A program made the translations under genes and the position numbers. From NCBI GenBank assembly GCA_013140775.1, contig JABFSA010000070.1, positions 38,838-102,837 on the forward strand: a stretch of DNA of 64,000 nt, in the 5' to 3' direction. Position 1 is the stretch's first letter. Every line of letters starts with the position of its first letter. Source of the stretch: Acidobacteriota bacterium (GTDB lineage: Bacteria; Acidobacteriota; Vicinamibacteria; Vicinamibacterales; UBA2999). Below, piece by piece: positions 19,580 through 28,419 of the stretch. The notes beneath the pieces were generated by a model. The model saw nothing but the letters and a program-made list of their open reading frames with translations, was not told the DNA's origin and searched no databases.

Positions 19580-20671
19580 ATGCCCACGACGACCAGAATC
19601 CACAATTTCTCCGCCGGCCCCGCGGTATTGCCGGTGGCCGTTCTCGAAGAGGCACAGCGCAATCTGATTTCGCTGCCGGGTGTCGGCATGTCGGTGATGG
19701 AGATCAGCCATCGGTCGAGCACCTTCGAAGACCTGCTCAACGGTGCGATCGAAGATATCCGCGCGCTCGCCAACGTCCCGTCGAACTATCGCATCCTGAT
19801 GCTGCAGGGAGGCGCCAGCCTGCAGTTCTCGATGGTGCCGATGAATCTGCTGCCGGCGGGCGCCGCGGCGGACTATGTCGATACCGGGTCCTGGTCCGAC
19901 AAGGCCATCAAGGAAGCGAAGAAGGTCGGCAAGGTCAACCTCGCGGGGACAACCAAGGCCGATAGCTACGCGCGCATCCCGGCGCAGTCCGAGCTCAAGC
20001 TCTCGCCCGACGCCGCGTACGTGCACATCACGAGCAACAACACGATTGAAGGCACGGAGTGGACGGCCCTGCCGGACGTCGGTGGCGTCCCGCTCGTTGC
20101 CGACACGTCGTCCGACATGTTCAGCCGCCCGATCGACGTCAGCCGCTTCGGGCTCATCTACGCCGGCGCCCAGAAGAATCTCGGACCGTCCGGCGTGACG
20201 CTCGTGATCATTCGCGAGGATCTGCTGGCCAGATCGTCCGACGCACTGCCGACGATGCTGAACTACAAGGTGCACGCGGACAACAATTCGCTCTACAACA
20301 CCCCGAATACCTTCGGCATCTACATCCTGGGTTTGACCATGAAGTGGGTGCGCGGCCTGGGTGGTTTGTCTGCGATCGCTGCGCTCAATCAGCGGAAGGC
20401 CGGGAAGATCTATGCGGAGATTGATCGCACCGGTTTCTATCGTGGAACAGCTCAGAAAGACAGCCGTTCGCTGATGAACGTGACTTTCCGGCTGGCGACA
20501 GAGGATCTGGAAAAAGCCTTCGTGAAGGAATCAACGGCGGCTGGCCTCGACGGCCTGAAGGGGCACCGTGCCGTGGGCGGCATGAGAGCCTCCATCTACA
20601 ACGCGTTTCCTGAAGAAGGCGTGGACGCGCTGGTCGAGTTCATGCGCGAGTTCGAACGGAAGCGAGGCTAG
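19580..20671 (+). CDS. serC: 3-phosphoserine / phosphohydroxythreonine aminotransferase
   Basis: NFSAGPA start block, GGAS.QF, YAGAQKN.GPSG (PLP lysine region). AGGAG RBS 5 nt upstream of ATG 19580. Confidence 0.95.
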   Translation: MPTTTRIHNFSAGPAVLPVAVLEEAQRNLISLPGVGMSVMEISHRSSTFEDLLNGAIEDIRALANVPSNYRILMLQGGASLQFSMVPMNLLPAGAAADYVDTGSWSDKAIKEAKKVGKVNLAGTTKADSYARIPAQSELKLSPDAAYVHITSNNTIEGTEWTALPDVGGVPLVADTSSDMFSRPIDVSRFGLIYAGAQKNLGPSGVTLVIIREDLLARSSDALPTMLNYKVHADNNSLYNTPNTFGIYILGLTMKWVRGLGGLSAIAALNQRKAGKIYAEIDRTGFYRGTAQKDSRSLMNVTFRLATEDLEKAFVKESTAAGLDGLKGHRAVGGMRASIYNAFPEEGVDALVEFMREFERKRG

Positions 20672-20675
20672 AAGC

Positions 20676-22004
20676 CTACGTCGCCGGTCGAGCAGGCCGG
20701 CGACGTCTTCGCCTTCGGCGGCGGCGTGGTTCCGGCCCCGAGCCCTCGGCCGGTGGCTCGATCGCGCCGGCTGCTTCGATGAATCCACGCCAGTGCTCGA
20801 GCGCCTCGGGCGCTCCGCCGTGGATTTCCAGCCACGTCAGCGATTCCTGAAATGAACCGCGGTGCATGAGCGCCCGTCTGCCCCTCGGCGACAGCGTCAT
20901 GTCCACGAGCCGTCGCTGAAGGCCGTTGATCTGGACGAGCCTGTCAACGTCGCGCCGGGCGAGCGGCAGCATTCCCAACGCCGGCGCGGGGCCCTTCTTC
21001 GGATCACCGTCCTTGGGCACCGCCACGCGGGGTCCTGAGGCGTAGCCAATCGGCGTGAGCATCGAACCCAGTAGAACGGGGTTGGTGAGCGTGTCGGGCG
21101 TCGCCTCGAAACGGGCGCGGTATGCATCGAGCCTGGCCAGCGACCGCCACAGGTCTTCGCCGCTTCCCTTCTGCAGCTCGCGCGCGATTGGCTCCAGGAG
21201 ACGACGCTCTGCGAGCATGCGGAAGGCACGTTCCGCGGCTCCCGTGCGGAGCAGTTTGTAGAGTTCTTCGATGAGGCGCGCGGGGGCGCTCCGGGCGATC
21301 TCGCCGCGATGGCTCGCAATGGCGGCGTCGATTGGGGGATCGATCGTGAAGTCGAGGCGCGCGGCCATCGCCACGGCGCGGAGCATTCGGACCGGGTCCT
21401 CCTGAAAACGTTCGACCGGGTCGCCGATGCACCGGATGATGCGTGACTTGAGGTCTTCGAGTCCCCCCGTGTAGTCGATGATGGAGAACGTCCCGATGTC
21501 GTAGAACAGCGCGTTGACGGTGAAGTCGCGCCGGAAGGCGTCCTCCTCGGGGGTGCCGAAGGTGTTGTCCCGATGGAGCAGAAGGTCCTTTGCGGCCGTG
21601 GCGTCCCCCTGCTCGGCCGGGTCCTCGGCTGGCAGCGGCCCTTCTGGCGCGGCCAGCTCGGCGGCGGACACCAGGCGCCTGAACGTGGCGACCTCGATCG
21701 TCTTCTGTCCGTAGCGGATATGCGCCAGACGGAAGCGCCGCCCGATGATCCAGCAGTTTCGAAACAGCCGTTTGACCTGGTGAGGATGGGCAGACGTCCC
21801 GATGTCGAAATCCTTGGGCCGCCGGCCGAGCAGCAGGTCGCGGACGCTGCCGCCGACCAGATACGCCGCGAAATCGCTCTGATGGAGGCGGTACAGCACC
21901 CGGAGCGCATCCTGATCGATGTGCTGACGCGAGATCGTGTGCCCGGCACGCGGCACGATCACTGGCTGGACCATTGGGCTGCATTGTAACAAGGCACGTC
22001 TCAT
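20676..22004 (-). CDS. pcnB: polynucleotide adenylyltransferase (poly(A) polymerase I family)
   Basis: Nucleotidyltransferase head GGSVRDLLLGR.PKDFDI and an Arg-rich C-terminal tail. Start at ATG 22004 or 21974; the long track ORF to 22652 overlaps the divergent gene and is rejected. Confidence 0.8.
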   Translation of the reverse strand: MRRALLQCSPMVQPVIVPRAGHTISRQHIDQDALRVLYRLHQSDFAAYLVGGSVRDLLLGRRPKDFDIGTSAHPHQVKRLFRNCWIIGRRFRLAHIRYGQKTIEVATFRRLVSAAELAAPEGPLPAEDPAEQGDATAAKDLLLHRDNTFGTPEEDAFRRDFTVNALFYDIGTFSIIDYTGGLEDLKSRIIRCIGDPVERFQEDPVRMLRAVAMAARLDFTIDPPIDAAIASHRGEIARSAPARLIEELYKLLRTGAAERAFRMLAERRLLEPIARELQKGSGEDLWRSLARLDAYRARFEATPDTLTNPVLLGSMLTPIGYASGPRVAVPKDGDPKKGPAPALGMLPLARRDVDRLVQINGLQRRLVDMTLSPRGRRALMHRGSFQESLTWLEIHGGAPEALEHWRGFIEAAGAIEPPAEGSGPEPRRRRRRRRRRPARPAT

Positions 22005-22034
22005 GCACGCCGTCTGAGTGCTACCATCGCCCCT

Positions 22035-22844
22035 ATGTGTCGGTTTCGCCTGTGGCTGTTCCTCGCGCTCCTGTTCACGGCGGTCGTCCCCGCCGGCGCG
22101 GCTGAACATCCCTCCCTTGCACAGGCCCGCGTGCTCTACAACGCTGCTGACTACGACGGGGCCATCGACGCGGCAACGGCGGCACTGGGCGATCCGGCCT
22201 CCGTCAGCCCGGCGACACTGGTCACCGCGCGTGCGTATCTGGAACGATTCCGCATCAGGCTCGATCCCAGTGATCTCGAGCGGGCCCGTACCGCCCTCAG
22301 CGCGGTTCGACCCGCGAGTCTCATGCCGCGCGACTATCTCGATCTGCTCGTGGGCCTTGGGCAGGCGCTCTATCTGGAAGAAGACTTCGGTGCCGCCGCG
22401 GAGCTGTTCGACGTCGCGCTCAGCCGACGCTCGTCGCTCGCCGAGCGGGATGCGCTGTCGTTGCTCGACTGGTGGGCCACGGCCATTGATCGCGAGGCTT
22501 GGAGGCTTCCACCCGACCGGCGGCTCGGCTTGCTCGAGAGTGTTCGAAACCGGATGGAAGAAGAGGTGCGGCGCGATCCCGGGAGCCCGCCAGCCAACTA
22601 CTGGCTCGCCGCATCGGCCCGCGCGGCAGGGGATCTCGACCGGGCCTGGCATGCCTCTGTCGCGGCGTGGGTGCGTGCCCCGCTACGACCGGAGACGGCC
22701 GAGGTCCTGCGGGCTGATATCGATCGGTTCGTGACCGAGGCGCTTGTTCCCGAGCGGGCTCGAATCAGGCCCGAGCCGGAGGTGGCGGCAGCGACCGCCG
22801 CTCTGCTGTCCGACTGGAACACGCTGAAGAGTCAGTGGCAATGA
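22035..22844 (+). CDS. hypothetical secreted helical-repeat (TPR-like) protein
   Basis: Signal peptide (LWLFLALLFTAVVPAGAA) followed by an Ala/Leu-rich helical sequence. No family recognised with certainty. Confidence 0.6.
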   Translation: MCRFRLWLFLALLFTAVVPAGAAEHPSLAQARVLYNAADYDGAIDAATAALGDPASVSPATLVTARAYLERFRIRLDPSDLERARTALSAVRPASLMPRDYLDLLVGLGQALYLEEDFGAAAELFDVALSRRSSLAERDALSLLDWWATAIDREAWRLPPDRRLGLLESVRNRMEEEVRRDPGSPPANYWLAASARAAGDLDRAWHASVAAWVRAPLRPETAEVLRADIDRFVTEALVPERARIRPEPEVAAATAALLSDWNTLKSQWQ

Positions 22845-22847
22845 TCG

Positions 22848-22865
22848 CGAGCGTTCGATCGCTCG
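22848..22865. terminator. 6-bp hairpin (CGAGCG-ttcgat-CGCTCG) between convergent genes
   Basis: Located between the stop at 22844 (+) and the stop at 22869 (-). No U-tract. Confidence 0.3.
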
Positions 22866-22868
22866 AGC

Positions 22869-24161
22869 TCATGATTGAAGCGCCCCCCCTGTGCTCTCGG
22901 TCCCCAGCCTCTCTCGCCTCGACAGGCCAAGCGCCGACGACACGGTAAGCACGCCGCATCCGATCATCACGAAGGCCGGCGCGGTGTTCATCCCCGTTTC
23001 CCGGATGAGCTCCGTGGCCAGAAGCGGGGCCGTCCCGCTGAAGACCGTGAACGCGATGTTGAAGCCGAGTGCCACGCCACTGAAGCGAACTCTCGTGGGG
23101 AAGAGCCTGGTCAAGACGACGGCGAAGGTCCCGTTCACGAGGCTCGCGCACAAGCCCGCCAGCGCGAGGGCCCACACAGGATCGATCGTGCGGGCAGCCA
23201 GCGCGGAGTAAAACGGAAACGCGAGCAACGCGAGCGCCGCCGCACCAGTGGCGATCAGCAGACGAGGCGAGACGCGATCGCTCAACCAGCCTACTCCGAG
23301 CAACGCTCCCGCATGGAGGATTACTCCGGTCGTCTGCGCGACGACGGCTTGCCGGGGATCGTAGCCGAGCACACCAGACAGGTATGCCGGCATGTGGGCA
23401 AAGAAGAGACCGTTGAACCCCGCGGTTGCTGCCAGGGCCGTCACACCCAGCACCACGGGCCACAAGTGCATCTTGAGCACTTCCTGGAAGGGATGCCTGG
23501 CTGCGAGTGCCTTCATTCGAAGGAACTCAGGCGACTCCTCCATCGCGCGGCGCATCACGAAACTCAACACGCCTCCGAGACCGCCAGCGATAAAGGCGAT
23601 CCGCCATCCGAGCGTCGGCACCTGTTCTGGCGGGAGCCACGTCCGGACGAGGAGGCTGATGCCGGTTGCGGCAGCCACACCAAGCGTCACACACGAAAAC
23701 ACGACACCGCAGACGAACCCCGATCGTCGAGGCGCGGTTTCGACGACGTAGGTCAGGGCGCCTGGCAATTCGCCACCGAGGCAGAAGCCCTGGATCAACC
23801 GCAGCGCGACCATGGTCAGGCTGGCTGCGGCTCCCCACGTCGCAAAGGAAGGCACGAGACCCATCCCGAGCGTCGCTGTGGACATCACGAACAGCGACAC
23901 CAGGAACACCTGGCGCCGGCCGTACCGGTCGCCGAAATGGCTGAGAACGATACCGCCAATTGGCCGCGCCAGATAGCCGACGGCAAATGTCGCAAACGAG
24001 GCGATGAGCGACACGAGCGGGAGAGTGTTGGGGAACATCGCATCCGCGATGTCTTTGGCGAAGACACCGAAGATGACGAAGTCATAGAACTCGAGCGTGC
24101 CGCCGAGGCTGGCCAGAAGCACGACTTTCCAGCCAGCCTTCGTGATGTGGTCGGATGTCAC
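22869..24161 (-). CDS. MFS transporter, metabolite:H+ symporter (ProP/KgtP-like) family
   Basis: 12-TM-type hydrophobic profile. N-terminal GG.LEFYDF.IFG block and ..GDRYGRR.. loop motif. Confidence 0.9.
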   Translation of the reverse strand: MTSDHITKAGWKVVLLASLGGTLEFYDFVIFGVFAKDIADAMFPNTLPLVSLIASFATFAVGYLARPIGGIVLSHFGDRYGRRQVFLVSLFVMSTATLGMGLVPSFATWGAAASLTMVALRLIQGFCLGGELPGALTYVVETAPRRSGFVCGVVFSCVTLGVAAATGISLLVRTWLPPEQVPTLGWRIAFIAGGLGGVLSFVMRRAMEESPEFLRMKALAARHPFQEVLKMHLWPVVLGVTALAATAGFNGLFFAHMPAYLSGVLGYDPRQAVVAQTTGVILHAGALLGVGWLSDRVSPRLLIATGAAALALLAFPFYSALAARTIDPVWALALAGLCASLVNGTFAVVLTRLFPTRVRFSGVALGFNIAFTVFSGTAPLLATELIRETGMNTAPAFVMIGCGVLTVSSALGLSRRERLGTESTGGALQS

Positions 24162-24175
24162 CCGGGAAATTATGA

Positions 24176-24211
24176 ACCACGAAGACCACGAAGGAATCGA
24201 AGGACACCAAG
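24176..24211. repeat. Four degenerate 9-mers (ACCACGAAG ACCACGAAG GAATCGAAG GACACCAAG) in the polA-MFS intergenic region
   Basis: Read directly from sequence; lower-GC non-coding stretch. Confidence 0.7.
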
Positions 24212-24223
24212 TAGTTTTGTTTT

Positions 24224-24254
24224 CGAATCCCGAACCCCGAGTCCCGAATCCCGA
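24224..24254. repeat. 4.5 degenerate heptamers (CGAATCC CGAACCC CGAGTCC CGAATCC CGA), reverse orientation of the GGGATTC family
   Basis: Intergenic. The minus strand reads TCGGGATTCGGGACTCGGGGTTCGGGATTCG, giving four G3-4 runs. Confidence 0.8.
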
Positions 24255-24276
24255 CAGGACTCAGTGCACTTCGTGC

Positions 24277-26991
24277 CTACGGTTTCGCGTCGCGCCAGTT
24301 GTCTGCGAAACCCACATCCACCGTCAGTGGAACGGCGAGCGACGCCACGCCTTCCATCTGTTCCCGCACGAGCGCTGACGCCTCGGCCGCCTCTTCGGCG
24401 GGTCCTTCGAAGACAAGCTCGTCGTGCACGGTGAGGATCATGCGCGTGGCCAGGCCGCGTGCCGGCAGCGCCGCGTGAAGGTCGATCATCGCCTTCTTCA
24501 GGATGTCTGCCGCGGTTCCCTGGATTGGCATGTTCACTGTTACGCGCTCCGCGGCGGCACGGATCTGTCCGTTGCGACTGTTCAGCTCCGGCACCAGCCG
24601 CCGGCGTCCAAACAGTGTGGTGACGACGCCCGTCTCGCGTGCGCGGGCCAGGGTGGTGTCGATATACGCGCGAACCTGCGGGAAGCCTCCGAAGTACGCA
24701 TCGATGAACGTCTGCGCTGCATCCTTTGTGACGCCGATGTCTTTGGCCAGCGTGAACGCGGTCTTTCCATACAACAGCGCGTAGTTGATGATTTTGGCCC
24801 GGCGTCGCAGTTCGTACTTGTCGAGCCCGCTGTTCTCTCCAAAAACCTTGACCGCTGTTCGATCGTGAATGTCTTCACCGCTCCGGAACGCCTCGATGAG
24901 CGCCTGTTCGCCGGCGAGGTGAGCGAGCACTCGAAGCTCGATTTGTGAATAGTCAGCGGAGATGAGCACGTTGCCAGGATCAGCGATGAACGCTCGCCTG
25001 ATCTGCCGCCCAAGCTCCGTACGAATGGGAATGTTCTGGAGATTCGGGTCGGAGCTGCTCAACCGTCCGGTTGCCGCCACTGCCTGGTTGAACGAGGTAT
25101 GAAGGCGGCCCGTTCGCGGATGCACGAGTTGCGGCAGCGCGTCGATGTAGGTGCTCTTCAGCTTGTGCAGGCCGCGCCAGTCGAGGATGAGACGCGGGAG
25201 CTCGTGCACGAGCGCAAGCTCTTCAAGCACTTCCACCGCGGTGGACGCAGAGCGGGTCTTTCCTGTCTTCTTCGATACCGGCAATTGCAGCTTGTCAAAG
25301 AGGATGTCTGACAGCTGCCTGGGAGAGTTGATGTTGAACTCTTCCCCAGCCAGTTCGAAAATTCGCTGCGTATGCCGCGCGAGCTCGCCTTCGATGTGGC
25401 GCGACTGCGTCGCCAGCGCGACGCCGTCGATCCGGATGCCTGCAAGCTCGACGTCGCCGAGCACCTGGACGAGCGGCATCTCGAGCTCATCGAAGACATC
25501 ACGCACGCCATCACGAGACAACAGAGGCCCGAGCGTATTCGAGAGCTGACGTGCCAGGTCGGCACGCTCGCCGGCAAAGCTGAGCGTGGATTCGGGCGGA
25601 ACCTGCGAGAGCGGAGCAGCCTTGACTCCGCGGCCACACAGATCCTCCTCGGTGAGCGCTTTGTATCCAAGGTGTCCGAGAGACGCGGCCTCGAGCGCAT
25701 GGGCCGAGCTCGTCGCGTCGAGCAGATAGCTCGCCAGCATCGTGTCGAAGGTGATGCCGCGCAGGGTGATGCCGTGGTTCTGCAGAACAATCGCGTCGAG
25801 CTTGAGGTCGTGCCCGATCTTGCGAATCGTCGCGTCCTCAAAGACGGCTTTCAGTCGCTCGAGCGCCGGCTGCCGTTCGATCTGCTGTGGGGCAGGACCG
25901 GCGAGGAGATCCTGATTGCCACCCACGCCTTCGTGTCCAAGCGGCACGTAACGCGCCTGCCGATCGGCAATCGAAAATGACACGCCCACGATCGCCGCGC
26001 GCATGGCTGAGCTGGGGTCGCGGACCACGTGCATCCCGCATTCACCCGCGGCGCGAAGCTGGGCAATCAGCGCATCGAGTTCGGGAAGCGTGGCGATGAG
26101 TGCGTAGTCCTTCTGGACAGTCTCCGCTGTCGGCGCGAATTCATTGACGAGCGTTCGGAAGCTCAATCGCGAAAACAACTCGTAACAGCGCGCTTGTGAG
26201 GCCCCTCGATAGCGAAGCGATTCAAGATCCACGTCGATCGGGACATCGCGCCGAATCGTCACCAGTTCCCGGCTTCTCAGCGCATCGTCGCGGTGCGCCA
26301 GCAGTGCCTCGCGATACTTCTTCTGTGGAATCTCTCCAGCCTTCTCGAGCAGCGTGTCGAGTCCCCCATGACTCGTCACGAGATCGATCGCTCCCTTTTT
26401 GCCGATCCCCGGAACGCCTGCGACGTTGTCGCTCGTGTCGCCCACGAGCGCGAGCACGTCCACGACGTATTGCGGCCTGACCCCGAACTTCGCTTCCACG
26501 GCTGCGTCGTCGAACCACGCACCATCGTCTCGGGGGTCGTATACACGGATGCCATCGGTGACCAACTGAAAGAAGTCCTTGTCGATGGACACAACCGCGA
26601 CATCGAATCCGGCTTCCACCGCACGGCCCGCAAGCGTTCCGATGACGTCGTCTGCCTCGTAGCCAACGGCGGTGACGATCGGGACACCGAGTGCTTCACA
26701 CGCTTCGTGAACCCAGGTGATCTGTTCCGCAAGATCGTCGGGCATCGCCGCTCGAGTGGCTTTGTAGTCGGAGACGATCGAGTCGCGGAATGTCGGACCT
26801 TTGAGATCGAACGACGCAGCGATGTGATTGGGACGATGGTCCGCGATCAGTTTCCGAAGCATCGTCACGAAGACGTAGACAGCGTGGGTTGTCTGTCCGT
26901 CCTGATTCGAAAGCCCCTGTCCGCGAAACGCGTGATAGGCGCGATACATCTGGGAACTGCCGTCGATCAGGAAAAACGTGGGGCGAGACAT
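24277..26991 (-). CDS. polA: DNA polymerase I
   Basis: 5'-nuclease start FLIDGSS..YRAYHAF, 3'-5' exo-like region, and pol motifs DYSQIELR and QGTAADI. Start set at ATG 26991 (MSRPTFFLIDG); alternative ATG at 27033. Confidence 0.95.
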   Translation of the reverse strand: MSRPTFFLIDGSSQMYRAYHAFRGQGLSNQDGQTTHAVYVFVTMLRKLIADHRPNHIAASFDLKGPTFRDSIVSDYKATRAAMPDDLAEQITWVHEACEALGVPIVTAVGYEADDVIGTLAGRAVEAGFDVAVVSIDKDFFQLVTDGIRVYDPRDDGAWFDDAAVEAKFGVRPQYVVDVLALVGDTSDNVAGVPGIGKKGAIDLVTSHGGLDTLLEKAGEIPQKKYREALLAHRDDALRSRELVTIRRDVPIDVDLESLRYRGASQARCYELFSRLSFRTLVNEFAPTAETVQKDYALIATLPELDALIAQLRAAGECGMHVVRDPSSAMRAAIVGVSFSIADRQARYVPLGHEGVGGNQDLLAGPAPQQIERQPALERLKAVFEDATIRKIGHDLKLDAIVLQNHGITLRGITFDTMLASYLLDATSSAHALEAASLGHLGYKALTEEDLCGRGVKAAPLSQVPPESTLSFAGERADLARQLSNTLGPLLSRDGVRDVFDELEMPLVQVLGDVELAGIRIDGVALATQSRHIEGELARHTQRIFELAGEEFNINSPRQLSDILFDKLQLPVSKKTGKTRSASTAVEVLEELALVHELPRLILDWRGLHKLKSTYIDALPQLVHPRTGRLHTSFNQAVAATGRLSSSDPNLQNIPIRTELGRQIRRAFIADPGNVLISADYSQIELRVLAHLAGEQALIEAFRSGEDIHDRTAVKVFGENSGLDKYELRRRAKIINYALLYGKTAFTLAKDIGVTKDAAQTFIDAYFGGFPQVRAYIDTTLARARETGVVTTLFGRRRLVPELNSRNGQIRAAAERVTVNMPIQGTAADILKKAMIDLHAALPARGLATRMILTVHDELVFEGPAEEAAEASALVREQMEGVASLAVPLTVDVGFADNWRDAKP

Positions 26992-27031
26992 GACCTGCGG
27001 GGTGGTGGCGGTAAGGATATCATTGGGCCTC

Positions 27032-27784
27032 ATGTCCCTCGGCGTAGCCGCTCGCGTACGGGCGCTGGTCTTGGTGCTCGTCGCGCTGTGTGGCGTCGCC
27101 GGCTGCTCCGGCCGCGGCGTTTTCCGGCAATACGAGTACGAAGAAGAGCTCTACCTTGCGCTCGACGGATCGGTGATTGCGAACGTCAACGCCTCGGTTG
27201 CCTCACTTGCCGCGCTACGCGGCATCGCTCTCAATCCAGATCCTCGCGCCCGAATCGATCGAGAGGAAGTGCGTGCGCTGTTCGAAGGCCCGGGCGTACG
27301 CACGACCGTCAGCCTGGGGAGGCGTGACCTTCGCAGGTTCGTGCACGCGAGCGTGAGGGCGGACAGCATCGAGTCGTTGTCGAAGCTCGAGCCCTTCGCG
27401 TGGTCGTCATACCGCTTCGAGCGAAGCGGCGACGTGTTTCGCTTCAGGCAGATGGTAGGAGCGCCGTCAGCGGTCCAGCGCGAAGCCATGGAATGGACCG
27501 GCAACGAAGTCGTTGCGTTCAGGCTGCACCTGCCGAGTGAAATCGTGTTTCACAACGCACCGTCCGGCAGAGTCGAGCGCGGAAACATTCTGGAGTGGGA
27601 ACAGCCGCTCTCGGACCGCCTGGCGGGGCGACCCGTGGACATACAGGTTGATCTGGAGCCCGAGTCTATTCTGCAGACTACGCTGATCCTGTTTGGATCG
27701 ACTGTGGTCGCTGCTCTTGCGACGCTTCTGTTGGCTGTCTGGTGGATCGCCAGACGTGGACGCAGCAACGAGACGCGGCCATGA
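27032..27784 (+). CDS. hypothetical lipoprotein with C-terminal TM anchor
   Basis: From ATG 27032: MSLGVAARVRALVLVLVALCGVAGC (lipobox), plus a C-terminal hydrophobic helix and RRGR. No family recognised. Confidence 0.6.
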   Translation: MSLGVAARVRALVLVLVALCGVAGCSGRGVFRQYEYEEELYLALDGSVIANVNASVASLAALRGIALNPDPRARIDREEVRALFEGPGVRTTVSLGRRDLRRFVHASVRADSIESLSKLEPFAWSSYRFERSGDVFRFRQMVGAPSAVQREAMEWTGNEVVAFRLHLPSEIVFHNAPSGRVERGNILEWEQPLSDRLAGRPVDIQVDLEPESILQTTLILFGSTVVAALATLLLAVWWIARRGRSNETRP

Positions 27785-27796
27785 GCCGCGTCTCGT
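27768..27796. terminator. 12-bp perfect hairpin (ACGAGACGCGGC-catga-GCCGCGTCTCGT) between convergent genes
   Basis: The stop codon of the + gene (27782-27784) lies in the loop. Likely a bidirectional transcript-end structure. Confidence 0.5.
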
Positions 27797-27805
27797 CATC
27801 GAAGC

Positions 27806-28348
27806 TCAGAGACGTTCGAGCTCCAGCTGGACCTCAGCGTCCGTCTTCAGGTTGCTGGTCACCGAGAAGGCGTTGAATGAGCTGGCGATCGAGCGTGCCA
27901 GCATCCGGTCGATGTTGCTGTTGACCACACCTTCAAGCGTGACGCGGCCACCCTCGACGATGATGTGAATCGGGGGGTTGACCATCGCCCCGTAGCGCCA
28001 GAAGTTCGAGTTCCCGTAAATCGCGCGCGAAATCCTGAAACGAAGCTCGTCGTCGAATAGCGACACCGGCAGCGTGGTGATGTCGTTGTTGACCTGGCGC
28101 ACGCCGTCGATTTTCGCCACGCGCCGCTCGAGGTCTGTCGCCTTGTAGGGCATTGTGACCTTCCCGGTGAGCGTGACGATGCCGTCGTTCACCTGGGCGT
28201 GAACGCTGTCGAAGACGGTGAAGTTCGGGTAGCGCAGTACCTGCTGTGAGACGTCCTTGAACACATCGAGATTCTGGCGCTGCGCCGCCCAGGCGGGCGC
28301 GCTCGAGATCGCGATGACGAAAAGTGCGGTCGCAAACCTGGCGAACAT
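27806..28348 (-). CDS. BON domain-containing (OsmY-like) periplasmic protein
   Basis: Signal peptide (..SSAPAWAA) and two BON-like units (..V.DGIVTLTGKV.. and ..VEGGRVTLEGVV..). Strong RBS AAGAGGAGG 7 nt before ATG 28348. Confidence 0.85.
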   Translation of the reverse strand: MFARFATALFVIAISSAPAWAAQRQNLDVFKDVSQQVLRYPNFTVFDSVHAQVNDGIVTLTGKVTMPYKATDLERRVAKIDGVRQVNNDITTLPVSLFDDELRFRISRAIYGNSNFWRYGAMVNPPIHIIVEGGRVTLEGVVNSNIDRMLARSIASSFNAFSVTSNLKTDAEVQLELERL

Positions 28349-28403
28349 GATGTCTGCCTCCTCTTTTGGGCCTGAACTCAGGTTCAGATTCCGATGAGAA
28401 AGG

Positions 28404-28419
28404 GGCAAAGACCTTGCCA
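28404..28419 (-). promoter_or_regulatory. Candidate sigma-54 (-24/-12) promoter upstream of the BON gene
   Basis: The minus strand reads TGGCAAGGTCTTTGCC, versus consensus TGGCACG-N4-TTGCW with exact GG/GC spacing. It lies about 55 nt upstream of ATG 28348. Confidence 0.35.

Noticed and set aside
20676-20730. Run of 10 consecutive Arg codons at the 3' end of pcnB, as a possible repeat or frameshift artefact.
   Set aside because: From memory, basic C-terminal tails occur in poly(A) polymerase I family proteins. The frame is continuous with the catalytic domain.
24176-24254. The short tandem arrays (and those at 11203, 15702 and 39775) as a possible CRISPR array.
   Set aside because: The units are 7-9 nt and directly abutting with no spacers. 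The arrays are under 40 nt, and no cas genes are present.
22875-24434. 519-aa ORF on the + strand opposite the MFS transporter. Similar long antisense ORFs occur at 14295-15677 (opposite glnS), 50780-52282 (opposite the sigma-54 regulator), 54023-55675 (opposite GT4), 8201-9277, 40108-41145, 20897-21949 and 21004-22008.
   Set aside because: Their translations are Arg/Pro/Gly/His-rich low-complexity sequence with no recognisable motifs. The opposite-strand genes have clear family signatures. Long stop-free antisense frames are expected at about 65% GC.
27031-27034. Apparent divergent overlap of the polA and lipoprotein start codons (CATG), which would leave no promoter space.
   Set aside because: polA most likely starts at the internal ATG 26991 (MSRPTFFLIDGSS aligns with Pol I N-termini). 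This gives a 40-bp spacer, so the overlap is an artefact of longest-ORF calling.
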